Source: Ruditapes philippinarum (Eukaryota). Taken from it: a stretch of 64,000 nt of DNA. The stretch is taken from the NCBI RefSeq assembly GCF_026571515.1, contig NW_026866023.1, positions 1 through 64,000 of the forward strand, given 5' to 3'. The position numbers and the translations under genes are program-made. The notes beneath the pieces are model-generated. The model saw only the letters and a list, made by a program, of their open reading frames with translations, did no database searches and was not told the DNA's origin. How positions within the stretch are numbered: position 1 is the stretch's first letter; every line of letters starts with the position of its first letter. Positions 13,128 through 26,400 of this stretch are shown piece after piece.

Positions 13128-14873
13128 TAATGGCTTTGGCTAATTATGGGTTAAGGTGAATGCATTTAAATTGTTATCTTATGGCATTGGTGAAGACAGG
13201 GTTAACTGGTTTATATCCAATTATTTTCTATGATCTTGGCTAATTAAGGGTTAAGTGGTTGCCTTTTTAAATGCCTCTTAAGAAATGGTTAAATAAAATT
13301 TCCTTTATTGCCTCTCTATGTTGATGGCTATAATAGTGTGTGGATGTTTTCATCAGGCTTTTCATCTCCTCTTCTATTGGCCATGAAATAAAGAAGTCTG
13401 AATTAAGTGATGTGGTACATTATGAATTAGGTGATGTGGTACATTATAATGCCTTTTTAAACTCTTTTTTACTGTATATGTATGAATTGGTCAGCCCTGG
13501 TGGTTTACATGTACTAACATTCTTTTGAAGCTGTCTATGAAATGGTAATGTAGCTGTAGACTATTGTACTTGTTTTTGATTTGGATAGATTTACACTTAT
13601 GGAGTTGCCTATAAAATGGTTATTTTATGGTTCATTTAAAGATGTTTTCGGGAGTTTTCATATAGACATATAGGTAAAATTAAAACTGTTCAATAGAATT
13701 TCTTTAAACTTGGCATGTTGTTAGATTATGATAACAGAAACATTTTAAGCGAAAAAAAAATTGGGGTCACCATTCTCGTTTTTGAGTTATCTGCCCTTGA
13801 ATTAGACTTTTCTACTTATTTGAGGTCATTTCAACCCATTATGTTGGTTTTGTCATGACGCGGCTCAAATAGGTTTTATGAATGACTGATACAGAGAGTC
13901 AGAGACTTCTGCATTATTTTTCATATTCTTTTTACATTAGTCAATTTTAATACATGTATTTAAGGACAAGTATTAGATGTACACGAAAAAACTTTAGATC
14001 AAAGGATGTTTAACTGAATATTTATAAACATATTTGTATAGTATTTTAGACACTAAGATGCCAGTCAGAAAATGTGTCGAGTTTATGTGCATTGGTGATT
14101 GGGCTTCAGAAGGAGAAAATAAATGCATGTATTCTTAAAATCACATATTATCTTGTTTCTTAAAAACAAAACATTCAATACTATATGAATTTATTTTATT
14201 TAACAAATGACAATTAAAATGACACATAACACATAATCACAGTCAATTTCAATCATAAATATCCTCATTAAAATTTAACAGGCACAAACAACCAATCTTA
14301 ACCAGAAGCTTTATTGACTTGACAGTATGCCACCAGTACAGACCCTCAGTCCATTGGCCTATCTGCGACACTTAAACGTTATGATAATGAAATCCCTTGA
14401 ACTACTTATGGACTTGCCCAAATTTAAAGTAGGGCGAGTCCATTATACAAATTTAGCAAGAACAACTTAAAAAAGTAAAAACCTGTCAAATATTATCATA
14501 CAAAATTGTAGAATAGTATAGTAATTTCATGTAAGTTTACCAATTGGTGTGAAATTTTAAATAAGAAAATATACAGACTATTATAAATAACCATGTAGAA
14601 AGGGGATTTTCAAGCTCTATTTAACTGATACAGTATGAATGTTTTGTAATTTTTATACAACAGACTTTTAAGGAATTTTTATAACATATTTCAGTGTCTT
14701 GAAAGCATTTTTTTTTTAAACATCAATTATTTACAACAAAATTATAGCAGTTCTGTTGTTAATCATGCTAAAATTAACTTAACCACCTTTTGCTTCCACA
14801 GTTTATCTTATCCTTGAATGAACTTTTATAGTAAATTACTAAATATGAACTATGCTGTCAAAATGTTTATAAA

Positions 14874-17035
14874 CTATGACGCCATGAAAGTTGCTGATGC
14901 TTTTTGAAGTCCATCCCTCCTGAAAAAAAAGAGAATATTTTCCAATCATATCAACAAAGCATCATTTATAAAACTAATACAGACTAAAAATTGAAAAGAT
15001 GCATATAGTTATTTTTGCCTAATTTTTCACTTTTTGATAGGCATGAGTGATATTTCAATGGAGTATTTAGGAGCTGCTTATCTCTACTATCTATGTCTCT
15101 GCTATAACTATCAAACTAAATTGGATAATTCCTTTTATATTTTAAATTTTAATTTTATGATCAAAGTATATTTACGCTGCATGTAAAAATGTGTCAAATG
15201 TAACTCTGTTGTCCATGGCGCCGTCAGGTTGAGCATCATATCCTTTGATTCCAAGAGTCTCTAATGCTGTATAAATCAAAACAAAAACAGATGAAAAAAA
15301 TCATATCCACAATTTTTAAATACTTAATCATAACCATGGATTTTATTTGATTATTATATACTGAGCATTATATTTTATTTTAAGTTCAACATACTGTGAT
15401 ACATGTAATAAAAGTGAATGTTCATTAAATTCATAAAAAATTACCTTCACAATATTGTTGAAGGGTAATGTATCCTCTGTTAGTAGGATCTAACATTCCA
15501 TAAACTGACTGTATATTGCTATCATCAAACAAACAAGGGCAGTCTCTTTTTGTTGATTTGGCTTTTTGAAGTCGTTCGAGATTCTCAATCATGAATTTTT
15601 TGGGGTCAGCTGTAAAATAAATTATGAATGTAGACTAGAGCTCTAGTGTATCAAATATAAATTTAGGTTACATACCACGGAGGAAACATACCAGAAGGTT
15701 ACTTACCATTTTTGGAGGATACATACCACATATGTATTTTGAAGTATATACATACCTGAATTTGTTTGGGTCTAATGCGAAGAAAGGTGAAGGTTGTGAG
15801 ATTATAAACCAATTTGTTTTTGTATAGTGCCACCAATGCTGTTTCCAGTGTTATAACTGTAGTAAATTGGCTATAAGGCTAAGTGCAACACCTATATTCA
15901 ATTCAATGTTAATATTTGGCTTAAACAATTAAAAAAAAAAAAAAAATTGCCTTCACTGTCTGGGATTTGAACTCCGGACCTCTCGCTTACTAACCGAGCG
16001 TGTAACCCCTCGACCACGGTGAAGTTTTAAGATAACAACCTGTAGAAAACCACATTAGTCTAAATAAGGGTTTGTAACTGTTAATATTTCACGGTAAACC
16101 TGTTGTTTAACACCGTATGTAAGTAATCATGGAGCTTAATTTAACATAAGCATGTTTATCTATAAAGAATAACACAATATTAGAAATCTTCGACAAATCG
16201 GGAACTATTTTTTCTTCCCCGATAATTAATGCGCTTGTCATTTGACAATCTTTACGCAGTGATTTCCCTTAATTTTTCAGCGTTAGTGTTAGTTATAAAG
16301 GGAAGTAACAGCTTCGAGGAGTTGGGACTTCTTTTGGTAATTGCAAATAAGCACATCAGTAAAGAAACGATAAAAGTAGTGGTATTTCACTGTTGCCTCG
16401 CACTAGGGGGCGGGCTCCCACTTATGCTACACCTCTCATGTCTGAGTCTGAAATTTCGCTACCATTATTTGTTTGGTCGGACAACCAAATGGCCAAACAA
16501 ATAAAAACATTAGATTCATTAATGCAATAATTTAAAGAATAATTTATAATTTTACAATTTATCCCTTATTTATTATCCCTTTATTAACTATTTCTATATA
16601 TGTGGTACATAACCTCCCAAAATGGTAGATCTACATTTATGCAGTGTAATTAAATTGATTATTCCAATTTAACAAAGTTTTTGTTAATTTTTTTTCTTTT
16701 AAATTCAAACCCATTTGTCGTGTGCCTTCTGTCACACAAGTTGACTGCTTCAAAGCAGTTAAATATTAGACGAATTAGCTTGTTATCATTTTTATTTTAA
16801 GATTATTTTTATAAATAAACAGATAAAATAAATTCTGGCTGTTCATGTGTAGAAAACAATTTACAAATGACTGTAACGAGTTAATTAAATTGCTGAAGGA
16901 AAAATAATATTTACCTGGTCTATTAAAAATTAACTGCGATGTCATATTATTAAATAGCTCCAGTATTCGATGATTTTGTAAATATAAGTTAGTTTCATCT
17001 ACCCTCGGTTTACCAGTTTCTCCATCGGTCGCCAT
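14874..17035 (-). CDS. EFCAB10: EF-hand calcium-binding domain-containing protein 10, 140 aa (exons 17035-16915, 15609-15445, 15266-15176, 14919-14874)
   Basis: Spliced MATDGETGKPRVDETNLYLQNHRILELFNNMTSQLIFNRPADPKKFMIENLERLQKAKSTKRDCPCLFDDSNIQSVYGMLDPTNRGYITLQQYCEALETLGIKGYDAQPDGAMDNRVTFDTFLHAARDGLQKASATFMAS* has an RIIa/DPY30-like docking motif plus an EF-hand, matching recalled EFCAB10 (YLEKHQI...LLFFRPEKPK...DNSNIVAMFEMMD...QYKEALKTLG). Phases 1,1,2 are consistent; 423 nt in total. Confidence 0.92.
15948..16026 (-). pseudogene. tRNA-Thr(AGT)-like pseudogene or SINE head in EFCAB10 intron 1
   Basis: Minus strand reads cttcaccgtggtcgaggggttacacg-CTCGG-TTAGTAA-GCGAG-aggtccggaGTTCAAATCCcagacagtgaagg then poly-T. 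A-box and B-box are present but D and T stems are imperfect. Confidence 0.5.
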
Positions 17036-17049
17036 TTTTACGCTTAACT

Positions 17050-17063
17050 GTAACCACAACAAC
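17050..17063 (-). promoter_or_regulatory. RFX X-box-like motif just upstream of the EFCAB10 ATG
   Basis: GTTGTTGTGGTTAC resembles the X-box consensus GTTNYY-NN-RGNAAC typical of ciliary gene promoters. Confidence 0.45.
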
Positions 17064-17719
17064 AGTGCAGGTGCGCGCCACATCGCCACAACTAATATCT
17101 CGTAAACGGTATCCGTTCACGAAAAATCGTAAAAAGAGGCCCACCATGAAAAAAACGAATTTCAATCTTTGTAACTGTATGCTTGGTCAAGTAAAATAGA
17201 ATTAAAAATGGTTTAATTATAACAATGATTGACATATGTTTTTTTAAAACATAGCATAGTATATATCTTTTGTAAGAAAAAAAGAAAAAAAGGAATTTCC
17301 CAAAATAATGAAATATTTAGTACTATATTAAAATTTTAAAGCACAACAGTTGTTTATACTTGATATACGCTATAGCTCTACAGTGAAAAGAAATACAGTC
17401 TTATATCAGTTTTATATGATATATATTCATATAATGTCCAATAAAATTAAATGGCAATATCAAAAGATTAGTTATTTGGAGGTCCTGGTTGCAGAAATGC
17501 AACTGCTTTATATTTTAAGCACATGCATCAATGTATAGTTTTTAAGATAAACAACTACACTACTGATGAGCAAGCGTTTAATTTATTAGCACATATGCTA
17601 ACAGTAACTTTTTAATTCTATGATTTAAAAGCTATTTAATTTAAGAGCCCTGTTATAGTTTCCAAAAAAGGAATTTACATTACCGATACCACCTTTTTCC
17701 TCTGTTGCATTTCTGAGGC

Positions 17720-19095
17720 ATAACGTGCCTTTAAATAAAGAAGTTCTACTTCTTTTGTTATTAATACATTTCTCAGACACAAGCCTATGTCTGTTTACCA
17801 TATTATAATGACAATACTTTGATTTTTCAGACTCCACGTAGTATTTACAAAGTAATCGAACAATGCGTGATATGCTTTTCAAAATCTTGATATTATTTTC
17901 TGAAAGTCTGGCGGATTGATCCATTCACACAATGACTTTTGTTTCTTTTTCTCTTAAACACCTTTAATACCTATGTCTTTTTAAGTTTTTCTTCCTTGTG
18001 GTTATAATGCATAAAATATTCAAAACAAGAGGTACAATGTACAACTCTTAATTGAACATCAACATTGAAATAGTAGGAGTTGTTTCCCTTGAGATATCAA
18101 CAGAGTGAGATTGGATGATTTTGATAACCCTTACAGTGCTGAGCATTATCATTCAACCAGTTTGAAACTGGGCCAACAGCCAAGTTACTCGCTGTCAGAT
18201 CTGGTTCTTTGCTGTTTGCCATACTGACATTATTTCATATTGAATATTCTATTGACAGTTTCTTAAGATTATATTTGAAGCAGACAACATCAAAGGTTTA
18301 AATTAGGTTAAGTAACAATGTTAAATTGGGAATCGTTCATTATATTACAAGAAGGTCTATGATACTACAATATAATAACTTCAGAAAATTTCAATCATCT
18401 ATCTTTTTTTTCTTTTCATTTTTTATCCAATAAAATGGTGCCATCAATTAGGGTACGTCAACAACCTACTCTTTTGAAATCACGAATTCTTGTCAATTAT
18501 GAATATGTATATTTAATTCTGCTATATGTATATGTTCAAGAGAATTTGTAAGGTTAGTATGGGGTGATCATTTGGACGGGGATAATAAATGGGGTCACCC
18601 TTATTGTTTGGGCAAAAAAAGAAGAAAAAACTTCAGAAAAGGAATATTTTATTAATGTTATGTTGAAAGTAGGTCTGGCACTAATAATGTTTCACTATAT
18701 TGGTAAGGTACTGTTGGATAACTTTTTTTTATAATCCTTGTAAAATCGTATTTTTTTTAAACCTTTTTAAACAAATACATGTATCTCTATATATTGTATG
18801 TTTATTCATAAATGTTTTGTACTGTGAAAAAAACTAAAAATGAAATAGAAAAGATGAAAAAATATTCATTTATGAGGCTTAATGTGCCTTTTAAAAAGTC
18901 CGACTTCTTTTATTGCTCTGACACATGCCTCTGCGTAAATTATGGTTTCTGCACCAATTGACAATCTATCGCCTGTTTACCATAATATAACGACATTTCT
19001 TTGGCGTTTTTAAGACTCAACGTACAATTCACAAAGTAGATAGCACAATACGTGAAGTACTTTTCAATCTTGATATTTATTCAGGAAGTCTGGAT
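17720..19095. repeat. Two diverged ~200-bp direct copies (17720-17920 and 18880-19095)
   Basis: Shared blocks gtgcctttaaa..acttctttt..gacaca.gcct, and cttttcaa(aa)tcttgatatt..gaa(a)gtctgg. Confidence 0.55.
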
Positions 19096-19143
19096 TACTA
19101 TTATATAAACGTGTACTAACAATTGCGTCTCAGTTTTAACTAC

Positions 19144-22100
19144 TTATGTAATGTCCCTAAGATGCCTATTAAGCAAAGCAAGAACCCTGTAGCGCATTTC
19201 CCTGATGTCCCTTTTCAGATTACTGATTAAATCACGATACTGCTTCTTCCAAATAGGCTTTAGCTTTCTGTTCACATCGTCGTCATCATTTGACCGAATC
19301 TCATTTCCCTCTCGGCCGGACTCGTTTTCGTTTTCATACTCTCGATGAAATCCCTTAAGATGTCCACTGATAGCTGTATATAACGCCTTTATGTTTCGGT
19401 ATACGCTGTTACTAATACGACGTTGACTTTTCTTCATTGACCCGGCCAGACTTTTAAAGAATAATCTGTTTATCAACGATTGGTTAGTGTCTGTATATAA
19501 AGAGATAACAATGTGATAAATTGTCACTTGCAAATATACGTACATGACATTAAGATTAGCCCATCAATAAATGTTTTGTAAAAGATGCTTTTGTAAAACT
19601 ATTTTGTCACATATGTTATGAATTTAAAAACAATATAATAATATACGTCATAAATTTGTGTTATATGCAACACCTGGCACAGAATAATTTCCCTAACAGA
19701 CTGAAAGGGCATAAATTATATCTTTAGAGAATAAACTGCCATTTATTAATTAAGCGTGATGTTAACTAAATGATAGCTGGGAGAGAAGAGACTTCCATGG
19801 AAAACATCAACACATATAATACCATTCGTTATTTTATTAACACTCATTGCCATATACTGTTTAGTTACTTTTGCAAAGATCTAAAAGAAAACAGAAGAAA
19901 TTGCACATATATACGGTATTACAATAGGTCAGTTTGAGTTTTATTGCATTCAAAATTTTATATCGATATTTTGTAACTATACTTACCTTTATGATAAGCA
20001 GAATTACATTTTGTTGCAGAACTATGGTCCGATGATTTTTGTTTTGAAGATGTCGCACTAGAGACAGGGATTGTACTCGAAACTGGAGCTACTTTAACAA
20101 TGCAGTTACAAATCGGTGTAATTGCACATTTGTCCCTTTGGACAGGACGGACTGTGGTTGTTTCTGGAACACTTTCCGTTGTCGTTTGTGATCCGGCGGA
20201 CGCATAATTTTGAGATGCCTCCGTTGTTGCTATAGACGTTTTTATAGACTGTAATAGCTGAGATGTAGATGGTTGTTCAGCATTGTTAGTTGCATCTACC
20301 GATGGTTTCTCAGATGTTGGAAGTTCTGTTGTCAAGTATTCGACATCATCGAACGCTGAGGTTGTAATTCTGCTGTCGAAATTAGGTTGAATATTAGTTG
20401 TGTGTCCATCAAATATATCTTGATATTCTTCATATGTACTTGCAGAAGAAGCACTTGAAGTTGGTAATTTAATAACATTAAGTGTACTTTGCTTATCTTC
20501 AATGGTTGTTGTATCTACACGGGGAGCTTGTTTATCTGAAGTGGGGATAAAGGTTGAGGACGTTGTAGAAGACAAGATATATGAAGTCGACGAGGAAGGG
20601 TTATCCGATGATTTCGCTGTTGCAGCTGTTGTCCATAGAGAAGAAAACGTTGAAGGAGTATGGTTAGCATATGTAAGAGGTAATATCGATGATTGTGAAG
20701 TTGTTGTAGGATTCGATGCTGTTGATGTAATTCCAGCTGTAGTTATTGCTGTTGTTGCAGTAGTAGATGTATGTGACACTGACATTTCTGTCATGGTACT
20801 CAGTTGTGGTCTAGCAAATGGTGTAGGTCCATCGAAGCATGTTAAGCAACATGTCTTCGGTGCATAATCTTGATCGCCGTTCTCACACTCAATCCGCATA
20901 CAATCATCAGACCTATCACCGTATTCACAACCAGTAATCCCGGTAAATAATGCTTCACAAGTCTGGCAACACGTATGTCTAATGTCGGCAATGTAGCACT
21001 GACTTGGTTCACTTACAACAAGGTTGAAGCAGCCTATGTTTGGTTCATTGCCAAATGCGCAAGTGTCAGAGCTCGCGGGAGCACTGTTATTTTCAATACA
21101 GCTACCTTCATGGCAATATTTTTTGTTACCACATGGAGTTCCATCTGCTGGTAGAATAAATCCACAATACTCTGACCCCGGAAATGTACACAATAGTCCT
21201 CCGCAAATTTTCGAATATTCTGTTTTTATTTCTTTACGGCAAACATCTGAGCCCAAACCAAGCGCATTTTCGCATTGCTGTCTACCAGTATATGTAACAC
21301 CGGGCAATTCAGTAATCAATCCGGCTAATTCAGGGGGGTATCTTACTTCTAATGATGATTCTTTCAAGCACGTTAATCCATCATCATTCAGTTCTACTAT
21401 ATAGTCATTAATGTACTGTTCGGAACATTGTGAAAACTTCCATTTATTTGATCCGAATGACTTTATCGGCAACTTGAACTTTGGGACCATCATGTAGTTA
21501 AAGAACTCGAGACAGTCATTGTTGTCCATATCATCTCTTGTACCAAGAGCACGTGCAATTTGCTGGGTTGCAAATGTGACAGTTCTGTATTCGAATATAT
21601 CTTCAACTATTGACGAGTTTGATATGTTTCGACACATCGATGATGCAAATGCTAATCCTGTATTTCCAGGGCTACCAGCATAAGTCAGATTTGTTCCTGT
21701 GAACAGCATTGCATGATCGTATTTTGGAAGAAAATTTGATTCATCAAGCCACTTTTGAAACTTTTCTAGAGCTTCAGATGAATTAACCATTACACGTATA
21801 CTTTCTCCGTCTCCGTCAATAACGCTCTTTGTAGTCCAGTAAGACTCGATCTCAGTTTTAGCAACAAACAATCCAGCAAATGCAAGATCAATTTTAAAAC
21901 CTTGATTTTGAATGCTACCAAACCTGTCGTCGATACCCTTGAATATATAAGCATAATACTGTCTGACTTTTGCCATTATTTCAAAATCCTGGCTATCTGG
22001 CTTGCCAACCATATCTTTCCACCAGCTATATGCTGCAAAATCGATGACCATGAGCAGATCGATAGTCAAATGTTCGATTTCACGTTTTACTCTGTCTTTC

Positions 22101-23413
22101 GACTTTGCTTCCCTCGAATATGTGCCAAAGGCATTGGAAAGTTTGAAATTGGGTAGTTTCTTTTTTATAATGCCCAGTTCGTTTCTCTGATGTTTTTCAT
22201 TGGTCGGGCATTCATCACTTTCACCATTCCTTTTCAGAGAGAAAAAGTGCTTTGATTGATGTGACATTTCGTCTAACGGCTGAATTTCTATGACATTACC
22301 ATCTATGCAAAGCTTTCCTTGTATCTGAAATTGATTTTCCGATACCCTGTTTACTCCAACAAATGTTTGCCCTTGCTTGGCTTGGTATAACTGACGTTTC
22401 GTTTTACCATTTTCGATACTTTCAGCTTTATCACTAAGCAATCCTTGTAAAGCGTCAATTTCATTTGAAGTGAAATCTATTTCATCAAGATATTTTTCAA
22501 GAAATACTTCAAAGAGTGGCTTACTCATCGCGTCTCTATGTATGGATAAAGTAACTGTTTGCGGGTAGCTCTCTTCTAAATCACTGACACTAACCTGTTT
22601 CACGTAAACCATTTCTGAAAATTCAGACATACTTAATTTGTGTGTGCCATTACTTTAAAAGCACAATTTAAAGAAAGTAGAATTCACATACATTTTCTGT
22701 TAGTATTTGTTAGAAATGAATAGCGTTATGCATATGTTTTACTTAATAAAAAAAAACCTTCATTTTGTCGGAAGCAATTCATTCTAAAAATGTAAGGAAA
22801 CGTATTTTATTTGACCAATAATAGTGTATTATATAATATATACTGTTATATGAATTCGTATGTTTTTCAAAGTTTATCCTATCTTTACATATAAGGGAGA
22901 ACGATAAAATGGTCCTTAAACAACGTATGGCACGTTATAATTGAATGCAACTCAATAACCTGATCGCAACGCTTGTATTTCATTTAACTGCTAAGTTCAT
23001 TAATGCTTCTTTAATATTTTGACATGAATCTTTATCTCAATTTACAAGCACTCTTCCATATCTCGTGAAATTGTAGCTTTTAAGCCCGCCAATCATGTTC
23101 ACACCAGTAAGTAAAATTCATTGCACTTCTTTCTATAAAAATTGAATTTTGATAAGGTTTAAAATTGTAGTATATATTGTAAAACTTATGCAATCTAACG
23201 ATCAATAAAAACACATGTGACAAAGTCCATGTTTAGAAATTTTTAATGATAAAAAACTTGATTTCTAGTACTCATAAGATTATAACCATTTCCATATTGT
23301 TTGATTTTTTTTAAATAAAAAATATACATACCCTTTTGTATGTTATATGATTTTCCTGAGTTGATTAATATAAAAATAAACTTAAAGACGAGATTAAACA
23401 TATTGCCCACCAT
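19144..23413 (-). CDS. Secreted ADAM/ADAMTS-like (M12B reprolysin) protein with a degenerate zinc site, cysteine-rich modules, Ser/Thr mucin stalk and helical C-terminus; ~1018 aa (exons 23413-23332, 22614-19987, 19490-19144)
   Basis: Exon 1 MVGNMFNLVFKFIFILINSGKSYNIQK is signal-peptide-like and joins in phase 1 via the ttttcag acceptor. Motifs: furin site RVKR, DLLMVID, YDHAMLFTG, GLAF..SMC, Met-turn YMM, FSQCS, and ADAMTS cys-rich LPG..Y...QQC / ADGTPCG..K.C..G.C. A GTAAGT donor at 19986 joins in frame to the 19144..19545 ORF. Confidence 0.88.
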
Positions 23414-26400
23414 TTTTGTTGACACCGAACGAAATGTTGATCTTTTTCCCGTGGGTAAATATTTTTGGATACGATCTTTTCTTTATAAGGCTAAAGTTGT
23501 TCCCAGTTGTTTGTTGTTATCTTTTTTTCTTCAACTTGTTGTTTTGCTATTGTATAAGCACTGTTCTACACTGTTTACTTTTCATTCTTAGTATGAAATT
23601 TGTTTATATATGTGCATCAACATTATTCATGTATCGTGTTTTTATGTGATGCTGTGCAAAATTTTATGCTGCCCTTTTAAAATATTGTTGCGAATAAGTG
23701 AGATTTTATTCTTTTCTTTCCTTTTTTTTTCGAAACAAAACAATTCTCTTTCTTTTTTTTTAATGTATGAGAAATTTCTTTTTATCAAGTCCCTTGAACT
23801 GGTACAGTAACGTTTCTTTATACACAATATTGAGATGTAGTAGTAAAATATATTTTATGATATAAAAGTACACGTACATAATACGCAAGCAGTAAAGGAG
23901 AAATATTCTTATAACTGTATCTATTTTTTCGGAAATGATAAAAAAATACTTCCCGTAGATATTATGACAGCCTGCACTTTTAAACTGCATAATTTAATGC
24001 AAGACAGAAAAGAAAAAGACATTATATAGCATTATGGAGTTTTTCCTTGAAGTTCTTTAAGAAAACAAAGTTAATAATAATATGTGAAGTCTGTTTCCTC
24101 GTGTATGATTTGTATAGACAGCTAAAACTAATGAAATGAAATGGTATCTCTATGCCCATATATTGTATTGTTGAATCATAACTTTGCAATTCTGTACAAA
24201 GTGATCTAATCTATTCAGAATATACATGTATAAAATGTAAGTATGTTTAAAATGTTTGGAATCTTGTTAATTGAATAAACCGAAATAATTTTAATTTATT
24301 ATGAAGACATGTCAAAAACGTTTTAGTTGCGCGTTTTAAAAAGGAAACATCAAGCAAGCGTGGGCAGGTTCACCGAGTTTAATACATTCACGTCACGGAG
24401 GTTCACATTGTAATAGTATATTAAATCTATTTTCATCAGAACTATTTATTACCTTTGCTATATCTCAGATCTAAAATACGATCTGTTCAAAAATAAATAA
24501 TTTTAATTCTGCTTGTAAACTAATTGTAAAATATGCTTGGCCTTAATGCTGAAATAACTGACAATGAACACGGAAACGTCCCATTTATGTCATGTTGGAA
24601 CACCTATTTTAGTATCCCATTACCAACCTGTTCGCCTTTCTCAGCTTTTCGTCCATTTCCTTCCCTTTTCTATTAATATATAACTAAAACTAAATTAAGA
24701 CTGGTACGCCATTTTATTTTTCAGTTTATTACAACAACCTTATCTTTGAAATACAATTTATATTTTCTTACACAGCTGAAAAATTGATCGTAAAATAAAG
24801 AAAAAAAATAAAGAAGTCAATAATGTTTCATTTATGCTAAATTGCTTTTTCAATGGGTGTGTAATTATTTTTTATCAGGCAAAATTCTATATATTGTTTA
24901 AAATTATGCAAATTTCAGAGAAAAACGAAATAAAAATCCATTATATATTGTCTTTAATCAACTGTATTTCCATGTCTACACTCCCTTTTGACAGATTTGG
25001 GCGTATAATTGAAATAAAAATAATGAATTGACGAAAAGTAGATTGATGAAATCAATGTCACAGCATATGCAAATCCGACTTAGCAGTATTGATAAAAGTG
25101 TGAAAGACGAAAATGTATTAGTAGTTATGTATAATTAACAACATCATCTTTTGCAGAAAAAATTCGTTTAAATCTGTTGTACCACGAACAATGTATAAAT
25201 TAATGTAAAGTCAAAATAAATTAAGTTGGCATTAAATGCCATAACTCTGACTACAACGATTATGCTTCGATTTCATTTTTTATACATAAAAATGACAAAA
25301 CCTTATATTTGCTGACGATTTAGATGCAGGTCAACCATATTGTCTGACTAAGTGACTTCAAATTTATCTGGACATAAATTAAAAAAGTTTTAAAAAGGAA
25401 ATTCGGACAAGGGTATAAAGATACGCTTAACCTTCAAAGTAAAGTATTTACAAATAAAACAAAACTAGTTTGTTATTTATTTTAGACATATATTTCATAA
25501 AAATTAAAGCAATGGCAATGCAAACAATATGGATTTAACAGTGAGCTTTGGAATAACGCAATAATGACAATTATGAAATGGAGTGATTATGGAAGAAAAT
25601 GAAAAATAAATAGGCGCAAAAATGGACAAAAATATAAATGTATAACAGAGTGAATAACAACAAAACAAATATCAAATAAACCAATGAATGTGTTCAATAA
25701 ATAATTTGACATAAAGTGAGCATTACTGTTTCTATGGTAATAAATATATTAATTTAATGAGACAATAGATATTTTACGTTGAATGGGAACATAACGTGAG
25801 CCATAAATCTAGATAAATAGGCAAAACACTTTAATGGCCAACGATTTTCTATGCAAATTTCTTGTTTCATTGTTAACAAAATGAAGATAAATTACCGATG
25901 TAAAATCAACTCGACCAAGAATTTCAAAGCTAACAAATCAACTGTATTGCTACAACAATCTATTCAACATAATAATTATGATCCAACAAGGTCACGAGTA
26001 AGCTATGAATAGAAAGAGACAGTGATTATATAAATATGTTAAATTAAGTGTTGCATCCTTCTGTAAATGATTTCCCTTTTAAAACTATATCCTTACCATA
26101 ACCAATTAGAATCTAGAAAGAAGTTTAGAAAATGAGACTTCAGTCATACATTATTTCATCACATGATGAAAGGAAATTGTTAAAAAGTTTACATAAGGGA
26201 ACAAGGAAACACGAGACTTGGTAACAAAATGATGAATTTCGAACATATGTCACTAACTGAATTTGTCATCATGAATCACCAAAGATACAACCTAGATCTA
26301 AACCTATTTACTCTTGTAAAGGAAGTAGAAAAACTATAAGGTGTTCTATCTTTACTATTATTTCTATAAAGGTATTGTTACTTCAAAATTCAGCGTCTTC

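Larger units (their letters stand above)
6401..14048. repeat. Near-identical tandem segmental duplication: copy A 6401-11020, copy B 11030-14048
   Basis: Both copies start tgccattttatcttaaatatttacgactc and end catatttgtatagtatttta. The identical 62-aa ORFs at 10313 and 13340 come from it. The 1601-bp length difference equals the extra satellite block. Confidence 0.95.

Noticed and set aside
10313-13528. Two identical 62-aa ORFs
   Set aside because: By-product of the segmental duplication; GTG start and no protein features.
17625-17924. 99-aa ORF upstream of EFCAB10
   Set aside because: Overlaps a diverged non-coding repeat whose second copy (18880-19095) has indels; no recognisable family.
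20502-22190. Plus-strand ORFs 20502-20867, 21024-21404, 21902-22156, 22002-22190
   Set aside because: Antisense shadows of the large ADAM-like exon; the Val-rich ORF mirrors the Thr-rich stalk.
22615-22693. ATG at 22630, or the upstream in-frame MYVNSTFFKLCF*, as the ADAM start
   Set aside because: No signal peptide and an in-frame TAA; the ttttcag acceptor plus a phase-matched signal-peptide exon at 23332-23413 explains the 5' end better.
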